Shown: positions 42,124 through 49,466 of the stretch, one piece after another
Numbering within the stretch: the stretch's first letter is position 1
Layout: the number at the start of each line of letters is the position of its first letter
NCBI GenBank assembly: GCA_001820255.1
Contig: MHPA01000016.1
Span: 7,288-58,758, forward strand
Source: Candidatus Staskawiczbacteria bacterium RIFCSPLOWO2_01_FULL_38_12b
Lineage (GTDB): Bacteria > Patescibacteriota > Minisyncoccia > Minisyncoccales > Staskawiczbacteraceae
DNA length: 51,471 nucleotides
Direction: 5' to 3'
Translations under genes and position numbers: made by a program
Notes under the pieces: generated by a model
What the model was told of the DNA's origin: nothing
The model's database searches: none
Seen by the model: only the letters and a program-made list of their open reading frames with translations

Positions 42124-42384
42124 TCACACCCATTTATGCCTCTTGTTTTTCCTAACATAGCGGCGTCTAATATTCTGAGCCATTTCCTTTTTTTTGTAAT
42201 GTCCGCAGAATCCATAGTTTGCGAGCAGGAGCCGATAATAGGGGCTCGTTTTTTCTTTTTTTATTTTCTCAATTTTTTTACGGGCATCTTCTACTGAACT
42301 CGCTGACACAACTTCTCTGCCACCTCCAAAGCCCTTGAAAGTTTCGGGTTCATACTGTTTTGACTCACAAAAGAAAAACGACAT
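42124..42384 (-). CDS. Hypothetical basic protein
   Basis: 86-aa ORF between tsaD and valS. No motif recognised. Confidence 0.3.
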   Translation of the reverse strand: MSFFFCESKQYEPETFKGFGGGREVVSASSVEDARKKIEKIKKEKTSPYYRLLLANYGFCGHYKKKEMAQNIRRRYVRKNKRHKWV

Positions 42385-42511
42385 AGTATCCTCCGCTATT
42401 TTAAGGCATAGCTGCCTACGAAAAAATTGTCCAGGAACTAAATATAGTTTATACTATAAAACTTTTATTGTCAATATTTTCTGCTTCGGATAAATAAGTT
42501 AAAATCAAGTA

Positions 42512-44698
42512 ATGGAAACGCTAAAAAACGGACAACCATACGACGCCAAACAAGTTGAAGATAACATTTACAAACTGTGGGAAGACAGCGGTTTTTTCTC
42601 GCCTGACAAATTGTCAGGCACGCAGATTAACGCAGATTCAATGCGGATTAACGCAGATAAACGCAAACCATTCACGATAATTATGCCGCCGGCCAATGCC
42701 AATGGCAATTTACATGCCGGGCATGCTTTGGTGATGACCATTGAAGATATTATGACCCGCTATAAACGAATGCGGGGATTTAAGGCTTTATGGCTTCCAG
42801 GGTTGGATCACGCCGGTTTTGAAACCCAGGTGGTATATGAAAAGAAACTGGAAAAAGAGGGAAGGAGCCGGTTTAAAATGAAACCCGAAGAATTATACCA
42901 GGAAATTTTGCAATTCACCTTGGAAAATAAAAAAAATATTGAAGGGCAAATTAAAAAAATGGGGGCTTCGTGTGATTGGTCGCGCGAAAAGTTTACCTTA
43001 GATAAAGATATTGTAACCATCGTTTATCAAACATTTGAAAAATTATATGACAAAGGACTGGTATATCGGGGTAAAAAAATAATCAATTGGTGTAGCAAGC
43101 ATCAAACTTCTCTTTCAGATTTGGAAACCAAAGATGCCGAGCAAATTGATAAACTCTACTATTTAAAATACGGGCCTTTTGTGATTGCCACAGTGCGCCC
43201 TGAAACTAAGTTTGGCGACAAGTACGTGGTAATGCACCAAAAAGACCCGCGATACGCCAATTACAAACATGGGCAGAAAATTGCCTTGGAGTGGATAAAC
43301 GGCCCTATAGAGGCAACGGTGATTAAAGACGAAGCTATAGACATGGACTTTGGCACGGGAGCCATGACCATCACCCCATGGCACGATGCGGTAGATTTTG
43401 AAATTGCCCAAAAACACAGCCTAGATAAAGAGCAGATTATTGATTTTTATGGAAAACTGTTGCCGATTGCCGGTGAATTTTCGGGAATGAAAATCACCGA
43501 AGCACGCCAAAAAATCATAGAAAAATTGCAAGCAAAAGGTTTGGTGGAAAAAATCGAAGAAAACTACAAGCATGTGGTTAAAAGATGCTATAAATGCGAA
43601 ACACTCATTGAACCCCAAATAAAAGATCAATGGTTTTTAAAAATGGAAAGCTTGGCAAAGCCGGTCATAGCATCAATTCAGGCAAACAAAGTGACCTTTA
43701 TTCCAAAACATTATAAAAAAATATCCTTGCATTGGCTAAAAAATATTACCGATTGGCCTCTTTCACGCCAAATTGTCTGGGGTATTCCCATACCGGCAAA
43801 AATTTGTGAAAAATGCCAAAGTGCTATAATTGATACTACCCATCCCGAAATAAATCCTTCGGATTTAAACGGGACCTGCGGGAAGTGCGGCGGTAATTTA
43901 ATAAAAGAAACCGATACGTTTGATACCTGGTTTTCTTCAGGGCAGTGGCCGTTTGCAACTTTGCAAGCCGGCCAAAAAAATGATTTTAAGACTTTTTACC
44001 CCACCGATGTGATGGAAACCGCCGGTGAAATCATCTTTTTTTGGGTGGCAAGGATGTTAATGCTCGGGCTTTATACCACCAAAAAACTGCCATTTACAAC
44101 GGTGTACTTGCACGGATTGGTATTGGATGCCAAAGGAGAAAAAATGTCAAAGAGCAAGGGGAATGTAATCAATCCCATGGAATTAATTGATAAATACGGA
44201 ACTGACTCCTTAAGGATAAGCCTGGTCATAGGAAACACTCCGGGCACTTCCCTTGCCTTGGATGAAAATAGAATCAGGGGGTACAAAAATTTTGCCAATA
44301 AAATTTGGAACGCCAGCCGGTTTGTGGTGATGAATTTAAAAGACTATAATCCTAAGGCAAAAATTTCGCTAAATACTGCGCAAAAGAAAAATATAAAGGA
44401 ACTGCAAAAACTGGTTAAAGAAACCACAAAACTAATGGATGATTACAAGTTTTATATCGCCGCAGAAAAAATATATCACTATTTTTGGCATACCTTTTGT
44501 GATAAAATAATAGAAGAAAGCAAAGAAGCATTGGCTGATCCAAAAAGTCGCACGGCCACACAATATATGCTTTTGGAAATACTTACAAATTCATTAAAAC
44601 TACTGCACCCTTTCATGCCTTTTATTACCGAAGAAATTTATCAGCAATTACCGATTAAGGATAAAAAGTTGTTGATGATTGAGCGATGGCCAAAATAA
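42512..44698 (+). CDS. valS: Valine--tRNA ligase (short form)
   Basis: HIGH-type PPANANGNLHAGHA, KMSKS motif (KMSKSKGN), a CP1 editing domain and Zn-type CxxC pairs. It ends without a long coiled-coil. Confidence 0.95.
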   Translation: METLKNGQPYDAKQVEDNIYKLWEDSGFFSPDKLSGTQINADSMRINADKRKPFTIIMPPANANGNLHAGHALVMTIEDIMTRYKRMRGFKALWLPGLDHAGFETQVVYEKKLEKEGRSRFKMKPEELYQEILQFTLENKKNIEGQIKKMGASCDWSREKFTLDKDIVTIVYQTFEKLYDKGLVYRGKKIINWCSKHQTSLSDLETKDAEQIDKLYYLKYGPFVIATVRPETKFGDKYVVMHQKDPRYANYKHGQKIALEWINGPIEATVIKDEAIDMDFGTGAMTITPWHDAVDFEIAQKHSLDKEQIIDFYGKLLPIAGEFSGMKITEARQKIIEKLQAKGLVEKIEENYKHVVKRCYKCETLIEPQIKDQWFLKMESLAKPVIASIQANKVTFIPKHYKKISLHWLKNITDWPLSRQIVWGIPIPAKICEKCQSAIIDTTHPEINPSDLNGTCGKCGGNLIKETDTFDTWFSSGQWPFATLQAGQKNDFKTFYPTDVMETAGEIIFFWVARMLMLGLYTTKKLPFTTVYLHGLVLDAKGEKMSKSKGNVINPMELIDKYGTDSLRISLVIGNTPGTSLALDENRIRGYKNFANKIWNASRFVVMNLKDYNPKAKISLNTAQKKNIKELQKLVKETTKLMDDYKFYIAAEKIYHYFWHTFCDKIIEESKEALADPKSRTATQYMLLEILTNSLKLLHPFMPFITEEIYQQLPIKDKKLLMIERWPK
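42601..42666 (+). repeat. Palindrome plus degenerate tandem CGCAGATTAA units inside the valS 5' region
   Basis: GCCTGACAA-A-TTGTCAGGC (42601-42619) followed by ACGCAGATTA ACGCAGATTC AATGCGGATT AACGCAGATA AACGCAAA. Translated as SPDKLSGTQINADSMRINADKRK. Confidence 0.85.
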
Positions 44699-44700
44699 CT

Positions 44701-44728
44701 CACATAACACATAACATAGAATACATAA
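44701..44728. repeat. Tandem heptamer (CACATAA-like)x4
   Basis: CACATAA CACATAA CATAGAA TACATAA, directly after the valS stop. Confidence 0.9.
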
Positions 44729-44751
44729 CAAAAAAACGGCGTCGTAGTTTT

Positions 44752-44779
44752 GTTTCATGTTCCATGTTTCATGTTCCAT
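44752..44779. repeat. Tandem heptamer (GTTYCAT)x4
   Basis: GTTTCAT GTTCCAT GTTTCAT GTTCCAT. It is the same unit as 3441-3468 and lies 23 nt after the CACATAA block. Confidence 0.95.
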
Positions 44780-44785
44780 GAAGTA

Positions 44786-45532
44786 ATGGAGTACTATCGC
44801 ATCCCTCTATATATTTTATTTGGAATTTTGCCGAGTGTTGCTTGGCTTTTTTATTACCTTAAAAAAGACCTGCATCCTGAACCCAAAAGGATGATTATAA
44901 AAATTTTTTTAATGGGAAGCGTCATCACCGTGCCAGTACTGCTTATCCAAATAGGGCTTTCCTTGGCATTGCACCAGCTTCAAAATGGCGAATTTTTTAG
45001 CCAACACTTTATTATTCTGGCGATAGTAAAATGGTTTATAGTTATTGCATTCACCGAGGAGTTGTTAAAATACCTGATAGTCAAAGTCAATATTTTTGAC
45101 AATTATGCACTCGACGAGCCACTGGATATCATGCTGTATATGATGGTTGCCGCACTGGGTTTTGCCGCAGTGGAAAATATCCTTTATTTATTTTCGCCCC
45201 TGGATGTCTCTTCTTTTGATATGCTCATCAAGACCACCATCACCATAAGCTTTATCCGTTTTGTAGGAGCCACCTTACTGCATGCGCTTTGTTCGGGCCT
45301 GACAGGATACTTTATTGCCCTCTCTTTTCTTGACCCTAAAAAAAAGGTATTATTAAGCATAGGGGGATTGGGCATTGCGACATTCTTGCATGGGCTTTAT
45401 GATTTTTCCATCGCAACATTGATTTATCCAATAAACTTTTTAATCCCTAGCATGATACTTTTTGGCCTATTACTGTTTATCATTACGGCTTTTGATAAAG
45501 TAAAAAAAATGAAAAGCATTTGTAAAATCTAG
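44786..45532 (+). CDS. PrsW-family intramembrane metalloprotease
   Basis: FTEELLKY (EExxK), HALCSGLTGY and HGLYDF motifs in a 7-TM protein. Start set at the Met at 44786, because the track start is encoded by the heptamer repeat. Confidence 0.8.
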   Translation: MEYYRIPLYILFGILPSVAWLFYYLKKDLHPEPKRMIIKIFLMGSVITVPVLLIQIGLSLALHQLQNGEFFSQHFIILAIVKWFIVIAFTEELLKYLIVKVNIFDNYALDEPLDIMLYMMVAALGFAAVENILYLFSPLDVSSFDMLIKTTITISFIRFVGATLLHALCSGLTGYFIALSFLDPKKKVLLSIGGLGIATFLHGLYDFSIATLIYPINFLIPSMILFGLLLFIITAFDKVKKMKSICKI

Positions 45533-45606
45533 GGTCTAGCGCCTAGGGGCTAGGGTTCAGTGAACGATTTTTTCACTAGACGCTAGACGCTAAACCCTAG
45601 ACCCTA
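45530..45606. repeat. Imperfect 34-nt-arm hairpin of CTAGNNN heptamer units between prsW and hsp20
   Basis: TAGGGTCTAGCGCCTAGGGGCTAGGGTTCAGTGA pairs with TCACTAGACGCTAGACGCTAAACCCTAGACCCTA (25 of 34 Watson-Crick matches by eye). It ends 7 nt before the hsp20 ATG. Confidence 0.8.
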
Positions 45607-45613
45607 ATAAAAA

Positions 45614-46021
45614 ATGGCTAAAAAAATAAAATTAAGAGGAGAAATACAATCTAATACTAGCGCCGTAACGGAAGAAAACAAGGTGATATTTAACCAAGAA
45701 GGGGAGTTGGTGGTTGATGTGTTTGAAACCAATACTGATTTTGTGGTACTGGCGGCCATTGCGGGAACCAATATTAAAGATTTGGACATTTCTGTTGAAA
45801 AAGAAATGATGGTGATAAAAGGAAACCGGCCGGATCCCCATGACATTCCCGAAAAAAAATATTTTTACCAAGAGTGTTACTTCGGGCCGTTTTCAAGAAA
45901 AATCGTATTACCAGAAAATATTTATACCGAAAAAGCATCGGCAGAAATGGACAAAGGAATGCTTACGGTTACCATTCCTAAAAAAGACGTTGAAGAAAAA
46001 ATCGAAATAAAAACCTCGTAA
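45614..46021 (+). CDS. Hsp20 / alpha-crystallin family small heat-shock protein
   Basis: VVDVFETNTDFVVLAAIAGTNIKDLDISVEKEMMVIKGNR ... GPFSRKIVLPENI ... AEMDKGMLTVTIPKK is the ACD fold signature. Confidence 0.9.
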   Translation: MAKKIKLRGEIQSNTSAVTEENKVIFNQEGELVVDVFETNTDFVVLAAIAGTNIKDLDISVEKEMMVIKGNRPDPHDIPEKKYFYQECYFGPFSRKIVLPENIYTEKASAEMDKGMLTVTIPKKDVEEKIEIKTS

Positions 46022-46034
46022 TTTAAATAAAAAA

Positions 46035-46073
46035 AGCCGCCCCGAACCCAATGTGGTTCTGGAGCGGCTTTTC
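46035..46073 (+). terminator. Rho-independent terminator after hsp20
   Basis: Stem AGCCGCCCCGAACC / GGTTCTGGAGCGGCT followed by TTTTCAATTTT. Confidence 0.75.
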
Positions 46074-46078
46074 AATTT

Positions 46079-46165
46079 TGGTGCGGACGGTGGGACTCGA
46101 ACCCACAAGCTCTTGCGAGCGCTAGCTCCTAAGGCTAGTGCGGTTGCCAATTTCGCCACGTCCGC
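46079..46165 (-). tRNA. tRNA-Leu (anticodon TAG), CCA encoded
   Basis: Reverse complement: acceptor GCGGACG/CGTCCGC, anticodon stem CTAGC/GCTAG with loop CTTAGGA, long variable arm, T arm GTGGG-TTCGAGT-CCCAC, then ACCA. Confidence 0.9.
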
Positions 46166-46243
46166 AGTATGCAAGTTTCCCAGAAATTTTATAGTACCAA
46201 TCTCGCACTCTTTTACGCAAAAAATAACAACTCAGTATTGTTC

Positions 46244-46681
46244 TTAATCTTCAGCACAAAAGCAACTAGAACCGCCCACGCTCGTAGAAGTGCATGTTCG
46301 CCCGGGTACACATTCTCCGCCACATGTAGGAGCAACACTCTCCCCACATGTTAGAACAGGTGTTTCCCCAATAATCTCCTCTATAATATTTACCGCGGAA
46401 AAAGCCGCTATGCCAACCGCAATTCCCACAAGCGCCCATATAAAGGCGCTTTTGCCCCTTGAAAGTTTTGCGACATCGCCGGCGGCGGTTACAAATAAAA
46501 ACCCGGCATAAATAAGCATGATCACCACTGAAGCAATAAACAACGGCCACACTATAATTTCCAACAATCTATCTATAATGCCCTTAAACCATTCGGCCGG
46601 AGTTGGCGATGCCGCCAAAGCAACCATGGGCAATAATACTAATACCATTAAAGATGCTAGTGCAATTATTTTTTTGTTCAT
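46244..46681 (-). CDS. TrbC/VirB2-like (T4SS-pilin-type) membrane protein with a C-terminal 6-Cys module
   Basis: Signal peptide MNKKIIALASLMVLVLLPMVALA, TM1 WPLFIASVVIMLIYAGFLFVTAAGD, loop VAKLSRGKS, TM2 IWALVGIAVGIAAFSAV, and tail CGESVAPTCGGECVPGRTCTSTSVGGSSCFC. Confidence 0.7.
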   Translation of the reverse strand: MNKKIIALASLMVLVLLPMVALAASPTPAEWFKGIIDRLLEIIVWPLFIASVVIMLIYAGFLFVTAAGDVAKLSRGKSAFIWALVGIAVGIAAFSAVNIIEEIIGETPVLTCGESVAPTCGGECVPGRTCTSTSVGGSSCFCAED

Positions 46682-46702
46682 TTAAGATATTACACCTTTA
46701 TT

Positions 46703-47140
46703 TTAATTACAAATACAATTTTCACTAAGGCCGACGATGCATGCTTGTCCAGCCGGACATGTTCCATCGCATGCAGGGGCAGTATCTCCGCAAACCGCGG
46801 GTGGTGGCGGTGGCGGAAAAAGAATATTGTTGACAATAAAAGGCATGGATGATGCCAGAAACGCTATAGCAAGCCCAATCGTTCCCCCTATTACCGCCTT
46901 GCCCGCTAAAGATAATTTACCTACTTCCCCATTGGCCGTTAAATATAAAAATCCGGCCCAAATAAACATTCCCATGGCAATGGCGATAAATATCGGCCAA
47001 ATAAAAGCAAAGATGCCATCAATGGCTGCCCTGATATCAAGATCGTCCCCGGGCATATCAGGATAGCTTATCGCAAAAACGGCAACGGGCAAAACCAAGA
47101 ATGTTGCCAAAGCAAATAAAACAATTATTTTTTTATTCAT
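46703..47140 (-). CDS. TrbC/VirB2-like membrane protein with poly-Pro linker and a C-terminal 6-Cys module
   Basis: Same signal-peptide/TM-loop-TM core (IWAGFLYLTANGEVGKLSLAGKAVIGGTIGLAIAF), then PPPPPPAVCGDTAPACDGTCPAGQACIVGLSENCIC. Confidence 0.7.
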   Translation of the reverse strand: MNKKIIVLFALATFLVLPVAVFAISYPDMPGDDLDIRAAIDGIFAFIWPIFIAIAMGMFIWAGFLYLTANGEVGKLSLAGKAVIGGTIGLAIAFLASSMPFIVNNILFPPPPPPAVCGDTAPACDGTCPAGQACIVGLSENCICN

Positions 47141-47158
47141 TAATATTCAAAATTAAAG

Positions 47159-47500
47159 TTATATACCAAGAGCAAATTTAACCAAAAAAGGAATGGAAAA
47201 TGCCAATACCCCTACCGCCACCCCAACCGATCCCCATATTACCGCGCTCCTTGCCCCTCCCGCCTTGGTTACATCCCCATTGGCTAATAAAAACATAAAA
47301 CCCGCAATAACAAACATGACCACCGAAAAACCGGCAAATAACGGCCATATAAAACTAAACACTGCGTCAATAATAGTCATCACATTAACATTTGCTCCTG
47401 GCGGAAAACTGGGAATATTTATGGCAAGTACCGCAACCGGTAAAAAAAGCAAGGTTAACGCAGTAAATGTGGGGGCTATTTTTTTGTTCATTATATTCAA
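47159..47500 (-). CDS. TrbC/VirB2-like membrane protein (core only)
   Basis: IWPLFAGFSVVMFVIAGFMFLLANGDVTKAGGARSAVIWGSVGVAVGVLAFSIPF. Confidence 0.7.
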   Translation of the reverse strand: MNIMNKKIAPTFTALTLLFLPVAVLAINIPSFPPGANVNVMTIIDAVFSFIWPLFAGFSVVMFVIAGFMFLLANGDVTKAGGARSAVIWGSVGVAVGVLAFSIPFLVKFALGI

Positions 47501-47550
47501 AATTTTTTAAGATGCGCTATTTAATATTCAAAAAATTTTAAAACACACAT

Positions 47551-47883
47551 TTATACATTCAACGCAAACTTAACCATAAAAGGGATGGAAAATGACAATA
47601 AACCTACTCCCACTCCAACTGAAGCCCATATCATGGCGTTTCTTGCTAATAATATTTTACCTGGCTCGCCATTTGCCGTTAAAAACATAAACGCCGCAAC
47701 AATAAACATTATCACAGAAAAACCGGCAAATAACGGCCACAAAATACTAAATATAGGGTCAAAAATATTAATAGGGGCATTTTGAATAACACCCGGTAAA
47801 GGTATTAGCGTGACCGCCAAGCTAGTTGCGGGAAACATTAACGCCATCAGTAAATAAAATAAAATAATTAATTTTTTATTCAT
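47551..47883 (-). CDS. TrbC/VirB2-like membrane protein (core only)
   Basis: MNKKLIILFYLLMALMFPATSLA ... LWPLFAGFSVIMFIVAAFMFLTANGEPGKILLARNAMIWASVGVGVGLLSFSIPF. Start set at the Met at 47883, because the longer track ORF runs into hairpin E. Confidence 0.7.
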   Translation of the reverse strand: MNKKLIILFYLLMALMFPATSLAVTLIPLPGVIQNAPINIFDPIFSILWPLFAGFSVIMFIVAAFMFLTANGEPGKILLARNAMIWASVGVGVGLLSFSIPFMVKFALNV

Positions 47884-47890
47884 GTTTTTT

Positions 47891-48097
47891 AATTTACCTT
47901 GAATTACCAAATGCTTTAGCGGTATTTTTCCCGAATTCGGAGATAGAAATTTGATCTGCCTGTGCAAAAGCAGACAGGTAGAATTTTTAGGCGTAGCTAC
48001 GCATACGCATAAAAATTATAGCAAATTTATAGCCCGAATTCGGGAAAAAGACCCGAAAATTCTTTTTCATGTGGCATTTCTAAATTCAAGGTAATTT
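47891..48097. repeat. Long hairpin E (arms AATTTACCTTGAATTACCAAATGC / GCATTTCTAAATTCAAGGTAATTT)
   Basis: Imperfect outer arms, inner arms TTTTTCCCGAATTCGG / CCCGAATTCGGGAAAAAG. The core GGTAGAATTTTTAGGCGTAGCTACGCATACGCATAAAAATTATAGCAAATTT is related to the core of B. Confidence 0.85.
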
Positions 48098-48115
48098 AAA
48101 TGACCAACTGTAAAC

Positions 48116-48166
48116 CAACTCCGTTAAAAGATGCTGCAACGGTACCCCTCGCTTTTAACGGAGTTG
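48116..48166. repeat. Hairpin (15-bp stem) downstream of the pilin-like gene at 48189-48542
   Basis: CAACTCCGTTAAAAG (48116-48130) pairs with CTTTTAACGGAGTTG (48152-48166). Confidence 0.85.
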
Positions 48167-48188
48167 ATGTATCTTTAAGATAAATTAC

Positions 48189-48542
48189 CTAAACTCCAAT
48201 GCCCGTGAACACGTTTCTTACAATATAAGGGATTGAGAATGAAATTAATGCTATGCCCAAACCCGCAACTGCCCATACAACAGATTGTCTCGCTGCTCCC
48301 ACTTTAGCTGGATCTCCACTAGATGTCAAAAACAAAAATGCCGCTATAATGAACATTATTACAGCAACTGCTGCCATTATCGGCCAAACCAAACCTAATA
48401 CGGCATTTAAAATATCCCAAACAGTAATACCGGGAACTACGTTTGGCTCAGGTATTGGGTTGAATGCGGCAAATGCAATAACCGGCGATGTTAATAGCGC
48501 AGTCAATACGGTTGAAGTTAATAAACTTAATTTTTTATTCAT
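48189..48542 (-). CDS. TrbC/VirB2-like membrane protein (core only)
   Basis: VWPIMAAVAVIMFIIAAFLFLTSSGDPAKVGAARQSVVWAVAGLGIALISFSIPY. Confidence 0.7.
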   Translation of the reverse strand: MNKKLSLLTSTVLTALLTSPVIAFAAFNPIPEPNVVPGITVWDILNAVLGLVWPIMAAVAVIMFIIAAFLFLTSSGDPAKVGAARQSVVWAVAGLGIALISFSIPYIVRNVFTGIGV

Positions 48543-48551
48543 TTTGATTTT

Positions 48552-48660
48552 TTACCCTGTTAAATACCGCAAAGCGGTAATTTCGAAATAGGGTCGCAAG
48601 AATTATCCGCTTTAGCGAACATTCTCGACCCGGTCCTGGCGAAATTATTTAACCGGGTGA
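48552..48660. repeat. Long imperfect hairpin in the spacer between pilin-like genes
   Basis: Arms TTACCCTGTTAAATA...TAATTTCG...GGGTCGCAAGAAT pair with ATTCTCGACCC...CGAAATTA...TATTTAACCGGGTGA. Confidence 0.6.
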
Positions 48661-48824
48661 ACTTTTTAATAATATAAATAGCTTTGCTATTTATGCGTTA
48701 CTATATATCGACCTTTATTTATTCAGCACCATTTTCATACTACAATCAATAATTCAAAGAATAATTATACTAAGAAAGCGGTGCTGGATTTATTAATATT
48801 ATCACACTCTTTTTATATAGGGAA

Positions 48825-49397
48825 TTAACTTGGCGGCTCTCCTATTATCACTTTTACTAAGGCAATTAATCCGTCGCCGGCCAAAGCAATAGCGGCTCCT
48901 ATTAATGCCCAAAATAATGCCTTTTTCGCTTTTTCGATTTGGTCGGCTTTGCCTGCGGCCGTTACAAAAAGAATTCCCGCCCAAACCAGCATCAATACCG
49001 CCAACGCTTTCATAATATCAAATATGTAACCGGTAATTTTTGTGATAAGCGTTGGAAAATCATTGGCACAAATAGTACTCGATCCCCCACACAAGGGATT
49101 TAATAGATTAATACCAAAACCGACAACCCCATCATCACCCCAGTCCCCACCTCCTCCACCACCATCACCATCGCCAACCCCTCCACAGGTGGAAAGCCCA
49201 GAATCCGGAACATTACAGTAACAACCTGGAGTGGATCGGCTAGGCTCAAGGTCACATTTAGTATGAGATTCAGGGTCACCAGGAAGAGGACAATCAGAAT
49301 CAGTAGCACAAAATATACCTACTTCTGAAGCCAAAATCGAACCCGCTGATCCTAAAAAAATAACTACCACTAATAATAAAAGTAAACTATATTTCAT
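48825..49397 (-). CDS. TrbC/VirB2-like membrane protein with an N-terminal Cys-rich module and a Gly/Asp linker
   Basis: After the signal peptide comes CATDSDCPLPGDPESHTKCDLEPSRSTPGCYCNVPDSGLSTCGG, then GDGDGGGGGGDWGDDG, then NPLCGGSSTICANDFPTLITKI plus the core LMLVWAGILFVTAAGKADQIEKAKKALFWALIGAAIALAG. Confidence 0.7.
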   Translation of the reverse strand: MKYSLLLLLVVVIFLGSAGSILASEVGIFCATDSDCPLPGDPESHTKCDLEPSRSTPGCYCNVPDSGLSTCGGVGDGDGGGGGGDWGDDGVVGFGINLLNPLCGGSSTICANDFPTLITKITGYIFDIMKALAVLMLVWAGILFVTAAGKADQIEKAKKALFWALIGAAIALAGDGLIALVKVIIGEPPS

Positions 49398-49466
49398 TAT
49401 ATTATGTTACAAACAATAATGCAAAGCGATATCCACACGGTCCAATAGAATCCAAATATTGCAAAA

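Noticed and set aside
44750-44785. MFHVPCFMFHEV N-terminal extension of the PrsW-like ORF (and the similar MFHVPCS at 3463)
   Set aside because: It is encoded by the (GTTYCAT)4 heptamer repeat. The same peptide appears at an unrelated gene, which shows it is a repeat translation artefact.
46244-47140. Cys-rich C-terminal tails considered as RiPP/bacteriocin precursor cores
   Set aside because: The tails are fused to a signal peptide plus two-TM core shared with five paralogs that lack them. No modification enzyme, protease-ABC exporter or immunity gene is adjacent.
47884-47967. Upstream extension of pilin-like ORF 47551-47967 (MHRQIKFLSPNSGKIPLKHLVIQGKLKN)
   Set aside because: It is encoded by the left arm of hairpin E. 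All paralogs start with MNKK at the signal peptide.
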